This document shows positions 12,521-24,014 of a stretch of 64,000 bases of DNA, piece by piece. How positions within the stretch are numbered: the first letter of the stretch is position 1; every line of letters starts with the position of its first letter. Location of the stretch: positions 3,782,001-3,846,000 of the forward strand of contig CM007991.1 in the NCBI GenBank assembly GCA_002189035.1, written 5' to 3'. The position numbers and the translations under genes are program-made. The DNA comes from Utricularia gibba (taxonomy: Eukaryota > Plantae > Magnoliophyta). Under the pieces are notes generated by a model. It saw only the letters and a list, made by a program, of their open reading frames with translations, was not told the origin of the DNA and ran no database searches.

Positions 12521-14123
12521 TCAACTGTAGAACACAAGCTTGTGCTGAATAAAAGATGTTTGGCCATGGCGTTCCCTTCTCACCAACTCCACTTCCGATC
12601 GCGACTTTTCCCCTCTGCGTTCTCCATCTCCAGCTCCGCTTGCCGCAGGTCAAAATTCTTTTTCCAATAAATCCCTTTTTTGACCAAAAAAAGGAAGACC
12701 CAAAATACCAACTAATATTGTAGGGTTAAAATAAATATAATTAGCATTTTTTTAATTTCTATAACACTTTATTTTGAGAAATTAAACGATTGTGATGGAT
12801 TTTTGAGTATGTGTCTTTTGATAAAGTTATGATTTTTTTTAAAAAATCCTATTTATTAAAAAATCTACTTTATTGTAAACAAAATTGGATTTGCATAAAA
12901 AGTAAATAATGCAATCTTTTTATTTAAAAATAGAGGAAAGTCCAAGAATAGTCAGCACTCCAATCCAAAAATGTACATAGATTTTCAAAACTCCCCCAAT
13001 TCTATCTTTAATTTACTTCAAAAATATACCGTTATATTCTACCCAAACAATATATTTTTTAGCAAACATTCACCTACAAGAACTCTCTAAGTTGCAATTC
13101 TTGAAAATCAAATAATTGTTTTCTATCTTTTTGCATGAGTAAGAGATAAAATGGTTAATTAGTTTCCTTTGTATGATATAATTATTTCAGTTATGATGTT
13201 ACTATAATGTTTATTACAAATAAAATCAGGAATAATCACATATATTACCTTTTAAGTTGTTGAAAATAGTAATAATACAAAGTATTCCATTAAAATAATC
13301 CCTTTTTATTCAGCATATGTTGAAATTGTGAAAATTAAAATTAGAAGTACTTTCCTCTAATGATATTTGAATTAATATATTAAAATATTACGAAATTGAG
13401 AATAATTATAATAGTTTTTTTATTTAACAGGAGATATGGCTGTGTGTTCCATAAATATTTAAATGAAAAAAGTGATGAAATCCGTTTAATAAAATGAAAT
13501 TATATTTGTGGAGTTTTGAAATTTATAATATATTTTTAGAACAAGCCAATACTCTTAGTTAATTATATTCTATTGTAATCATATAAATTTCACTTATTTT
13601 AGATACCAAATACCATATTCTTCTACAAGATGGTTTGAAGTGTATGTTCATTGAATTCTGTTATAGAAAAATAACAAAAATTTTGTACTAAATTTTTTCC
13701 CTACAAAAAAAATAATATTGTGAAGAATTGAGAAACGAAATATCATATAAAGAAAATGATGATAATAACGTTCGATAAAAAAGCCAATTATAATTCTAAA
13801 TTTAAGATAAAATGTGGCTTTTTTTGTGGTCGGATCCACCTGAGCAATTCAAAATCGAATTTGCTTTCATGGGTGTGGGTGGATTAAAATTAGATATAAT
13901 TCTAAATTTGAGAAAAAAATAATTAATAATAAATATTAATAATAAAAGTGATGTTGATGTGGTTATGAAAAGGTGTGTTTGGTTTGAATAAATGAAAATA
14001 ATTTTCGAGAATTATTTATAATAAAATACAGGATAATATCTCTTTAGTTTACTAAAAATAAAAAAAAAGTTTAGACAAAATTATTCGTAAAATAATTTTT
14101 TTTTAAAGCGCAGATTTTTTCTA

Positions 14124-14234
14124 AAACCCTAATCAAATGTGAATGGATAGGATCAAGGGGAGTCATGAAATAAACACGAACCAAATCTTGACACGCAGAT
14201 AAAGCAATTGGGCCAATGGAGGGAAACATGGGCC
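14124..14234 (+). promoter_or_regulatory. Telo-box plus two site II motifs upstream of PDX1
   Basis: AAACCCTAA at 14124-14132; TGGGCC at 14209-14214 and 14229-14234, about 140-250 bp before the ATG. Confidence 0.55.
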
Positions 14235-14372
14235 AAGAAAAAAGGCCGGGATTTATATTTTCGAGTATTACTAATTTCCACCGCCACTTGCTGTGGATCT
14301 GCTTTCCCTAGATAAACTCCTGCGGTTCCCTTCCATTTTCCCAATCCTCGGCGCTTCGATCGATACACCGAA

Positions 14373-15307
14373 ATGGCGGAAAGCGGCGTCGTCACGGTCT
14401 ACGGCAACGGAGCAATCACTGAAACTGCGGCGAAGCAGTCCCCTTTCTCGGTCAAGGTGGGTCTCGCCCAAATGCTGCGCGGCGGTGTTATTATGGACGT
14501 CGTCACGGCGGAGCAAGCGCGCATCGCGGAGGAGGCCGGGGCCTGTGCGGTCATGGCGCTGGAGAGGGTCCCGGCGGACATTCGGGCCCAGGGAGGGGTC
14601 GCCAGGATGTCCGATCCCCAGCTTATTAAGGAAATTAAGCAAGCGGTTACGATTCCGGTGATGGCGAAGGCGAGAATAGGTCATTTCGTGGAGGCTCAGA
14701 TCTTGGAGGCGATTGGGATCGATTACGTTGATGAATCGGAGGTGCTTACGCCGGCCGACGATGTGAACCACATCAACAAGCACAACTTCCGCATCCCCTT
14801 CGTCTGCGGCTGCCGGAACTTGGGGAGGCGCTCCGCCGCATTCGCGAGGGAGCGGCGATGATCCGTACTAAAGGAGAAGCCGGCACCGGAAACATCATCG
14901 AGGCGGTGCGGCATGTTAGATCTGTGATGGGCGATATCCGCGTCCTCCGTAACATGGACGACGATGAGGTCTTCACTTTCGCCAAGAAGATTCAGGCCCC
15001 GTACGACCTCGTGATGCAGACAAAGCAGCTGGGCCGTCTCCCTGTTGTCCACTTCGCCGCTGGCGGTGTGGCCACTCCAGCCGACGCCGCTCTGATGATG
15101 CAGCTGGGTTGCGACGGCGTTTTCGTGGGCTCCGGCGTGTTCAAGAGCGGCGACCCAGCTCGCCGTGCCCGTGCTATAGTGCAGGCGGTCACTCATTACA
15201 GTGACCCCGAGGTGTTGGCGGAGGTCAGCTGCGGCCTCGGGGAGGCGATGGTGGGGATCAATCTCAACGATGACAAGGTAGAAAGGTACGCAAACAGATC
15301 CGAATAA
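14373..15307 (+). CDS. PDX1: Pyridoxal 5'-phosphate synthase subunit PDX1 (catalytic type), intronless, with an apparent 1-bp frameshift at 14822-14825
   Basis: [34 protein letters not shown] and [10 protein letters not shown] are present. The two ORFs join into [21 protein letters not shown] if G4 is read as G5. Confidence 0.95.
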
Positions 15308-15756
15308 ACCAGAGAAGTTCCCAAATTAGTTGCTTGATTTCTGGCTTCAGTAATGTTCATGGCTTGTTGTTGGCGTCTCTGAAAAGTTGTCTGTGGGAAT
15401 AAACCAAGGAACTGTGAAGTCATTTGGTTTGTGGGATTTTGAGTTCTGGCGTTGCTTCCTTTGACGTATCAGTCCTGGTTTCCCCTGTGGTCTCTCTTCT
15501 CCTGTCATCTCCATAAACATCGATCTCTGAATTGGGGCGAATAGTGAATTTTTTTTTCAGACAAGTGGCATTTCGAAGCACAGTGATTCCAAAGAGATAC
15601 AAATGGGAGATGATGCGGTGCAGAGAAAGCCATCAATAATCACAGATGCATATGTAAGATGCATACATTGAGGTCACAAAAATCCAAGTTAGCTGTGTAG
15701 AAGAAGAACACACAAAGCTAGAGTGTTGAGAACTAGAATAACGATGAATGGATGGC

Positions 15757-16425
15757 TCAAAGTGGCGAAGAGAAGCACGAGAAGCACCTGATGAGACCAT
15801 TTTCGTTGCACGAGGTACAGCTCCCGAAACCAGATTTCTCACCGTAGCATTTGTGACTCCCGTTGCACTCTCGGCAAAGAACAAATCCGTCCCCACCGCA
15901 CGCCTCGCATGTGCCTGGATTTACCGCCGGGAGCCCGTCGACGTACTTCTTCAGCTCGCCGGATTCGTGGAGACGGCGGAGTTCATCCGCATCGACGACA
16001 TACTTCCCACGGATAATAATGCTCGGGAGAGCCACCGCAGATTTCTCCGGCAAACCGAGAATCCTCCGCAATTCGCTCATGAACCGGGAGTCTATTGACA
16101 CATCCCGCTCGTCGATCGGGACGCGGAGGCTGCGGAGAATCGATCTCACCGCGGTGCAATCCTCGAAGGTGCGGCGGACGACTCGGAGGCTTGTGAAGTA
16201 CACGACGATTCGCCTCTCGGCTCCCTCGATCTGGACATCGCTGTCGCTTTGGAGTTCAATTCGAGGAAATGGAGGTTGGGATAGGGTTCTCAGAAGATGA
16301 TGATTCGCAGCGAGCTTACGGCGGCAGATGAGCGGCGAGTCGAAATCGACGGGCGAGAGGAGGCTGCGGACATCCTTGAAGGAACAACAAGCAACTTCAG
16401 GCGAACCGTTACGGCGGAGCCACAT
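15757..16425 (-). CDS. Glutaredoxin-domain protein with C-terminal Cys-rich zinc finger (GRX-like), intronless, ~222 aa
   Basis: Starts MWLRR..SFKDV. Contains IVVYFTSLRVVRRTFEDCTAVRSILR, DERDVS and CEACGGDGFVLCRECNGSHK...CTSCNENGLIRCFSC. Confidence 0.88.
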   Translation of the reverse strand: MWLRRNGSPEVACCSFKDVRSLLSPVDFDSPLICRRKLAANHHLLRTLSQPPFPRIELQSDSDVQIEGAERRIVVYFTSLRVVRRTFEDCTAVRSILRSLRVPIDERDVSIDSRFMSELRRILGLPEKSAVALPSIIIRGKYVVDADELRRLHESGELKKYVDGLPAVNPGTCEACGGDGFVLCRECNGSHKCYGEKSGFGSCTSCNENGLIRCFSCFSSPL

Positions 16426-17237
16426 GGGATCCGACGGAAACGCAGCAAGAGCTCCTTGTGCAATGGCGTTGGATTCCGATTCTCCGGGCGCAGGGGTATG
16501 GAATGGAGAAACGTGGAAAAGGCTGCGAGTGCGTGAACTGGCGGGCCCCACACAGCTTTTCCCCCGATTTCATTTTTAAAACGCAAACCCCCTGCTTCAC
16601 CACCAAGTGACATTAAATATCAATTAACCAAAAAAAGAAATTAATTTGCAGATTTATTCAAATTTATCAGAAAATAGAAATTAAATAAGCCATTTACCGC
16701 GCATTTGGAACAAAATTCACCTTTTTCACTCGGTAAAAAAAAAAGAAAACATTCGCTTTTCCCAACTTTTTGAAAAGTAAGGAAAGAAACATTTACCTTG
16801 TCTACAAACTACTGTATTTGAGAACGAGGAAATGCTGAAAGGAAACTGTGGGCTTGTTCCTTTTCAATTTTTAAGAAGCAAAGACACGATCGGTGAAGGA
16901 GACAAGTGGGAATGCTGAGAGGAAACTGTGGGGTAGATCAGAAACGCAATGTCAACTGCAAGCATAACAAGGGGCAGAAGGTATTCTGGGAAGGCGACTC
17001 TCACCTGATGAGTTCAACCTACCTTTTAGCAGCAATTTGGAGAAGAATATCCACTGCCTTCTCTAACAACATTCACACAGCTCAAATCAACTGCAAACCA
17101 TGGGAACAACTCCGAATACCAACACTAAAGACTCATGACTGAGGAAAGGGATGTGAGCTCGTAGTAGTCAGCTCATGGAACATGTAGAAAAACTCCTCCC
17201 GCGATAAGAAATGATACATAGCAAGCCCCAGTGGGAG

Positions 17238-19159
17238 TTAGTATGGGCGTGAACGGTTTCCTCCATGGAAGTGTCTGTCTGGGCCTGAAGAGCCACCGTC
17301 CCTGTAGTTGTCTCTCCGTCCGCCCCCAAAGCCGCCTCTACCGCTGTCAAAGAATCCAAAGAAAGATTGGGATCAGCATGATCTATGTACATGAGGGTGG
17401 ATTTATAGAAAAGGGAACTAACCCTGAACCATATGAAGGTGCCTTGGGAGCAGATTTCTCGGCCATAGAAACAGTGATCTTGTATCCTCTCAGATCATGA
17501 TCTGTCATGTAAAAAAGCACAATTGGCACCAGTAGTGAATAATAAGTTATAATCCTGGTTACAGCCAATAACGTACTATTGAAAAAACCCCCAGCTGAAT
17601 GGGCTGCTGATGGATCTTCATAAGACAAGACTGCATCCCCCTTGCTGTTTCCCTGTTCATCTGTGTATAACTTGATGCTCCAGGGCCATTGATCCTTGTA
17701 GCCTCGTTTTTGCTTGATTCTTGCGACCTACACATAAAAGTCAGTCAGGAAGGAACAATGCTGAGAAACAAAAAGATGGATACATAAAAAGGATTGCTGT
17801 AATACAAAATACAAAAACCATATTCGAACATGATGCAACATTGTAAAACCACTCAAACGATAACATAGAACTACAGAGAAATAAGACAGTAATTATAACA
17901 AAAGCGAGGATTTCTCAATTACTTGGCCGATACTTCCAAATAGTTCTCTAAGCTCATCAACAGTGACATCAGGAGGCAAATTTGTAATATAAATTCTTGC
18001 ATTATCACATGAGTCTCCACACGTCTCATCACATTGCTTGACTTTCTCAGAAAATTCTTCTGTAGCACCATCATAACCTCCTGAATCTCGTCCTCCACTA
18101 CCATAACCGGATGAACCCCCTCGTCCCCTACCACCATAACCAGATGAACCACCTCGTCCTCCACTACCATTACCATCATAAGCATTACGGTCATAACCAC
18201 CAGGAGTACCGTAAGATGGAGGATAAGAAGTAGGACCCCCTGCATAGCCAGGAGGAGCAGTGCCAGTAGGATTATTTGTATTCCCACCATATGTTTTAGG
18301 AGGGTTTCCATAGTTTCCAGTAGAACCACCATACGACGGGGGAGCAGCTGGAGCGTCCCCACCATACGAACTACCCCTACCACCACGTCCACTTCCACTA
18401 TCATTATAGTTACCCCTTCCACCGCGATTACTCTCATAACCCCCACCACTTCTCCCACCTCTGCTATAACCACCAGGGTTATCACCGCTAGCTGGTGATG
18501 GTACACCACATTTGTTACACTCAGTTCTTCGGGCAAAATTCAAATTCCCGCAGCTACATCAGAGATGCCACAGTGAATCAACATGAACAGATGCAAACTT
18601 GAAGTACATGAGCTTTTAACCACTCGAGAAAAAGTTAAGCAATTCCCATAATGATAAAACACAACACTTATATAGCGAAATAGATATTGAAATATTAAGT
18701 GGAACTGCCCCAACCAACTAACATGACAATTAGAGTAGTGGCTGTCTCAAGTAACGAGTACCTTGGATTAGGGCAGCGCCAATCACCGTCCCTCCCACTT
18801 CCGCTACTTCCACCCCCTCTGCCTCCACCGCCGCGTCCACCTCGATCTCCTTGGTACCTAACTGCACCGGATCCTTATCAATGCAGCGAAACAAGGCAGC
18901 ACAGTTAAAACAAAAGAACAACAGAAGAGATAAGTCACTGAGCGAATCATAAAACCCAAGTATCTCTAATACCTCCATAACCCCCACCGCCACCGCCTCC
19001 TCTACCTCCATATCCTCCTCCACCACCACCGCCTCTCCCACCATATCCTCCTCCTCCACCGCCGCCCCTTCCACCATATCCACCACCACCTCCACCTTCA
19101 TAGCTGCCATATCCACCGTCGCCGGATCCATCACCTTCTTGACCGTGGACACCCGACAT
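17238..19159 (-). CDS. TAF15b: TAF15b-like FET-family RNA-binding protein (Gly/Arg-rich, RanBP2 zinc finger, RRM), 6 exons
   Basis: RDGDWRCPNP/SCGNLNFARRTECNKC zinc finger, RRM ARIYITNLPPDVT...ARIKQKRGYKDQWPW, C-terminus GGNRSRPY* (stop at 17238-17240). All joins are GT-AG and in frame. Confidence 0.9.
18974..19100 (-). repeat. Coding tandem repeat, three 33-nt units encoding YGGRGGGGGGG in TAF15b exon 1
   Basis: Visible in the translation of ORF 18947..19159. Confidence 0.8.
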
Positions 19160-20081
19160 CCTTAGGGCTTTTCACCAAGGCTCGTATCTCCTTCAAAATT
19201 CACGGATGGCCGTGACCTTCTACGAGAATGGGATCTAGGGTTAACTCAATTCTTTATATTGTCGCTCAATAGACGGCCAGGATCACTTTATTTTTTCGTT
19301 TTTAGGTTTCTAATTATTTTCGTTTTTTTCCCCTAACGAAATATTCCTACAAAATATTTTTGCCGAGACAATTTTTAAATTTACATTTGAGAGCGGTTAT
19401 GGCGGCCCGCGTCCGAGTGCATCACCACCAATCCGCCAGTTGCTTCACCGTCATATCCAGAGCGAGGATCTGCATCGCCGGGAATCCAGTTTTGACGTCT
19501 GGATTAAGAGGAGAATGTGAGAGTTTCCGTACGTTTTTAGGTTAGATTCTGATCTTTCTATCTCCCGAAATGAGTTGATCGTCTGTCTCCTCTCTGTTGA
19601 TCGCACAATTTTAAGGACGTCGCTCATCGGGTTGTGGATTCAATTTTGGTAACTAAAGATGTGAATCTGCTGAGTGGAATCGAATCCGCACCTAAGGAGT
19701 TCATGAGAGTTGAACCAATTCCTTTGTTTCTGGAAATTATGGGAGAATCTGTTGAAATAAAGCTTTTATGCGCCGATTTCCTGGTTATAGTTCAATCGAG
19801 CGTGCGTTCGAGCTATAAACCATCTGTTGTATCATTGAATTCTTTCTCCATTACATGCAATCTACATGGTTTGTAATTGCATATCAGATTACATGGTTGA
19901 GTTCTCGACTGCCTGACGCAGGGTGATTTTATGTGATGATTCAGTTCAGACCCTGCAGCTGCATACCCGGAAGGAAAAAAAATTGTGAAGCAGCGTTCTG
20001 CCCCATGGCTCTATTTTCTTCTCCTTATCAAATTTCATCATCACGAAGGCTATTTGTTACTTCTGTGATGGATGTTGATGA

Positions 20082-21569
20082 TCAGGTTGGAGGCAACAAT
20101 GACTTCAATTTCATCATTCTGTGCTTAAGAGTTTCCAGTCTTCCCATCTCCCCAACGTCAACTAACGCCCTCTGCAACAACTGAAATGTTCCATTACTCG
20201 CAAGCCTCCCTCTTAGCAAAGATTGCTTTGAACAATCAAACGCTTCATCAACTCTCCCGCGGGCACAGAGCCCCGTTACAAGCAGATCAAGTGCGTGGTT
20301 GTGAGGACACTGACCCTTATTTATCAAGTAATTCCACAAGTCCAGCCCCAAGTCCAGTCTCCCACTCTGGCAGAAGAACTTCATCAGCATAACTACTGTC
20401 CGGGACTTCGGGATGAAATCCTTGACAACCATTTGGGAATAGAGGGCAGAAACACCATGGATGCCACTTGATCTCATCAGCCCTAAGAACATGTTATGGT
20501 AAGTCATGTTGTCATGCTGAATGTTGCTCTTTTCCATTTCATCCACAAGAGCAGTAGCTGACGCGATGTCCCTTGATCTGATGAGGGAACAGAGTAGTGC
20601 ATTATAAGCCCCTGTATCTGGTTGCAGGTCTCTTCTTGTAATGTCATCAAATAGCTGCTTTGCCATGGTGATATTTCCAACTATTCCAGCTCCATGAACC
20701 AATGTGGTTAATGTTTCCATTGTTGCTGAAAAACCTGCGCGTTCCATCTCTTGCAGGATCATCAGAGCATCACCAAATCGACGCCTCTTGCAATATACAT
20801 CAATTCTCAAATGGTACGTAACCGCATTTGGTTTAAAACCTCTTCTAACCATATCATGATAGAACAGCTCAACTGCAGTAACATCACCTGACTCTTTAAA
20901 CCCCAACAGGAGAATGTTCATGGTTTTGGTGTTGGGGGGGAACCGAGAATGCATCTTGTTGAAGATAGACTTGGCCTCGTTCATACGTCGCTGCGTGCAA
21001 AATGCTCGAAGAAGCACATTAAATTCATCTGTTGTGAAGCCTTTCCCAGGGAATATATCCACCTGCATCCTCTCAAATGCCTCCAGGGTTTCTTCATACG
21101 ACCTGAACTTGGCTATTCTTGACAACAAGATGCTCATTGACTTCAGAGTGAGCAACGAGGGGTGAACCTGTTTCATCCTCTCCAGCAGCTCCCATGCCTT
21201 TCCAAAGTACCGCATACGAGCAAGAATATGGAGTGTCTTCTCAAAAGCATCTGAAGTGGGAGTATACACATCACTGCTGTCAAGACAGTATCTGAAAAAT
21301 TCATATGCTTTGAGGCCATTCCCATGTGCACCAAATAAACTACCGAGAACTTTTTCAACTAGAGAAGATGAAGACAAAGCAGCCTTTGGGATTGCATGGC
21401 GAAGAGTGGGACGCAATGGCCGAGCCGGGTAAGGATGCTCATTCACTACTCTCACAATTTCCCTTAATCTGCTTTCAGCTTCCACGGAAGAATGAAGCCG
21501 CACAACCCTAAGGCTGAGTTTTTTAAAGCCAATGAGGTGAAGCAAATTGGCACAAGCACCAACCCTCAT
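20082..21569 (-). CDS. P-class pentatricopeptide repeat protein, probably mitochondrial, intronless (resembles Arabidopsis At3g61360/SLO3)
   Basis: Long ORF with tandem ~35-aa PPR motifs (FNVLLRAFC, MNILLLGF, YHLRIDVYC, YNALLCSL). N-terminal HPYP...VLGSLFGAHGNGLKAYEFF block. First ATG at 21569. Confidence 0.88.
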   Translation of the reverse strand: MRVGACANLLHLIGFKKLSLRVVRLHSSVEAESRLREIVRVVNEHPYPARPLRPTLRHAIPKAALSSSSLVEKVLGSLFGAHGNGLKAYEFFRYCLDSSDVYTPTSDAFEKTLHILARMRYFGKAWELLERMKQVHPSLLTLKSMSILLSRIAKFRSYEETLEAFERMQVDIFPGKGFTTDEFNVLLRAFCTQRRMNEAKSIFNKMHSRFPPNTKTMNILLLGFKESGDVTAVELFYHDMVRRGFKPNAVTYHLRIDVYCKRRRFGDALMILQEMERAGFSATMETLTTLVHGAGIVGNITMAKQLFDDITRRDLQPDTGAYNALLCSLIRSRDIASATALVDEMEKSNIQHDNMTYHNMFLGLMRSSGIHGVSALYSQMVVKDFIPKSRTVVMLMKFFCQSGRLDLGLDLWNYLINKGQCPHNHALDLLVTGLCARGRVDEAFDCSKQSLLRGRLASNGTFQLLQRALVDVGEMGRLETLKHRMMKLKSLLPPT

Positions 21570-22551
21570 GTTTCCAGGTGCGTACCCAAAATTTTCATCC
21601 ACAACACCATTCTACAAGCCCGGTATTCTTCCTTCATGTAACGTACAGACGATACACTAACCTGCTACCAAGGTGAATCCGCGGATTCCTGAGGCTGAGA
21701 CTTTCGTCGAACACATAACGTGCAGGAGAATGACGAACAGGAAACCGGTAACGAGAAACGTACAACTCATCAAACCATATCCCTAGCTGTTCATGGATAG
21801 AAGGAACAGTGACGATTTTCAAGCTACGATCCACGGACTACAGTGCCTAATATCTTCCGGCAATCAATACCTGGAAGAAGACGAACTCATACTCCAAGAG
21901 TCCCAAGACCCGATGAATTATCAACTTGATGGGCATGTCAACAAGAAAACCCAAATATCCTGGGTCGATAACATAGGCTCAATATACGTTACAAACCCTA
22001 ATATGGGCCGTCAACCGTAACCTTACGGACTTCGAACAGAAGGTCCAAAGAACTACTGGAGTCGAGGCCGATTAGTACAGCCCTAAAAATAGTATTTACA
22101 TATTTCTCCAGATATGAAAAATTCCATATTTTGCAAAAATCCCTCCCATTTTTATTAAAATAAAATTGTCACAACAGTTGTTTTCATTAATTCGATAATA
22201 TTCTTCTTATTATTTTAATTATCCTTGTTGTTATTTATATTCATCCTGAAATTTGAATTTATCTACCATCATAGATTCATATAATATTCTTTTTTCTTCC
22301 ATTACTTTATTTTCAAAAAAATATGAAAACTTATAAATTTTTAATATATGTTAGTTCCTAAATACTTTTACGAGTTCTTAACTCGATTCATTTTTTATAT
22401 ATTTCGCCTTTTTTACGGAAAAGTAGTTCTAAAGTAAAATGTAATGAGGATTAGAAGAGGTTAAGATTTGGGGTTAATACAAGATTTAATCCCTATTTAG
22501 CGCGCCAAATGAAAGAAGGTTATAGTGGTAATTAGCATGCAGAGAACTCCA

Positions 22552-22972
22552 CTAGGGCAGATACACCTTGTTCCCACACTTGCACTTCCATGCCTCAGGG
22601 TAGTATTCCATGGTGACGCGTGCACCGGGCGGCACCGTCATCCGCACCGCCTTGCACGGCCTGCACTCCCCGCACTTCCGAATGCACCGCGGCGGCGAAG
22701 ACCCCGGGCCACCCATCAGCATCCTCCTCCCGCCCCTCAAACGGCTGTCACACTTGAGCGCCAAAAACATCTTCCTCTCTGTATTACACAAAAACGAAGA
22801 ATCCCCGCCTTTGAGTCATTTCATCGAACGCCTGATCGAAAGCGCGAAAACATCAACCTGAAAGAGATGATGACGAAGCCGAAGCAGAAGCAGAAGCACA
22901 AACCCAGAGCAGGAACAACATGGCAATAAGAGGGACAGCAGATGGACACCCCTTACTCCCATATCCCTCCAT
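22552..22972 (-). CDS. EPFL: EPIDERMAL PATTERNING FACTOR-like secreted peptide (EPFL4/5/6 clade), 2 exons (22858-22972, 22552-22778)
   Basis: Signal-peptide exon (...IAMLFLLWVCASASAS) spliced in phase 1 to GGPGSSPPRCIRKCGECRPC...EYYPEAWKCKCGNKVYLP*. Confidence 0.9.
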
Positions 22973-24014
22973 GAAGGACGAAGCAGCAACTAGCAGGTTC
23001 TTCTTCTGAAATGGCGGAGAAGAAGCAGAGTGTGGTGGATTACCATGTCGGGGGATTTAGAACTCAGGGTTGGCGAGCAAGAGCAGTTCCTGGCGTGTGT
23101 CTGTAAGCAAAGTTGAAGCGCGGAGACCATTGCAAACAGCTGGTAGTTTTCCAAGTATTCCTGCAACCCCCATGGTTTCCATAAGAAGCAACATTTTCCA
23201 AATATCTGGAATTCGTGGGGCGCCAAGGGGCGACGAATGAAGAAAACCGGCCTGAGACCCACAAAGAATGGAAAGACTTGTGTTCAAACACTAAGTACAG
23301 TGAGGGCACCCATTCAGTTTTGGAAAAAAAATATTTTAAAAATAATTTTCTTATTAAATGTGAATTCAATAAAATTAGGAATTCTCTAATTATATATTAT
23401 ATTTAAATATTCAATAGTGTAACAAACAATATTACATTAAAATTTGAAAATAAAATAATCAAATATATAAAAAATTATAAATTATTAATAATTATTTAAT
23501 ATAATTCATATTTATTAGGTATTTATGTTTTACCTATGTTTACTTGACTCATTATATTCTTAATTTCAACATTCAAAATCGAGTTGTAACGAGGTGGGTA
23601 GCATATTGAACATATTCTAATGTGGTAAAATAATTATATTGAATATTTAAATATAGCTATTTTAATAATATTAAATATAAATATAATGATTTTTATAAAA
23701 ACGACACTCATATTTTAACAATTAAGAGATATTGGATAAATGGAGCTAGACTTTGATAGAAAAATTAAAATATTATCGATGAAAATAAACATTGGATATT
23801 TAAAAATTAATGAACATTAAATATTTCTATTGAAAAAAGATATTTTTTAAATCAATTATTTTGATATAAATTAATCTTATTTACATTTACTAATACTTAA
23901 ATTAAAATATTCTATAAAATGAACTGATAATTTGATAACACACGAGCATATTAATATATTATTATATATGACCCGAAGTAACCCGACCCGCCCCGTTACA
24001 ACTTGGTTTTGAAG

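Noticed and set aside
12930-13530. Possible long inverted repeat (TTTCAAAACTCC / GGAGTTTTGAAA) suggesting a MULE
   Set aside because: Only about 12 bp of matching arm in very AT-rich DNA, with no termini or TSD.
14271-15196. Long antisense and alternative-frame ORFs over PDX1 (also over GRX, VARLMGL, VAL and RING)
   Set aside because: These are expected shadows of GC-rich coding sequence, with no recognisable motifs.
22990-23406. Several 60-100 aa ORFs upstream of EPFL, possible uORFs
   Set aside because: No recognisable conserved uORF peptide, and no way to place the TSS from sequence alone.
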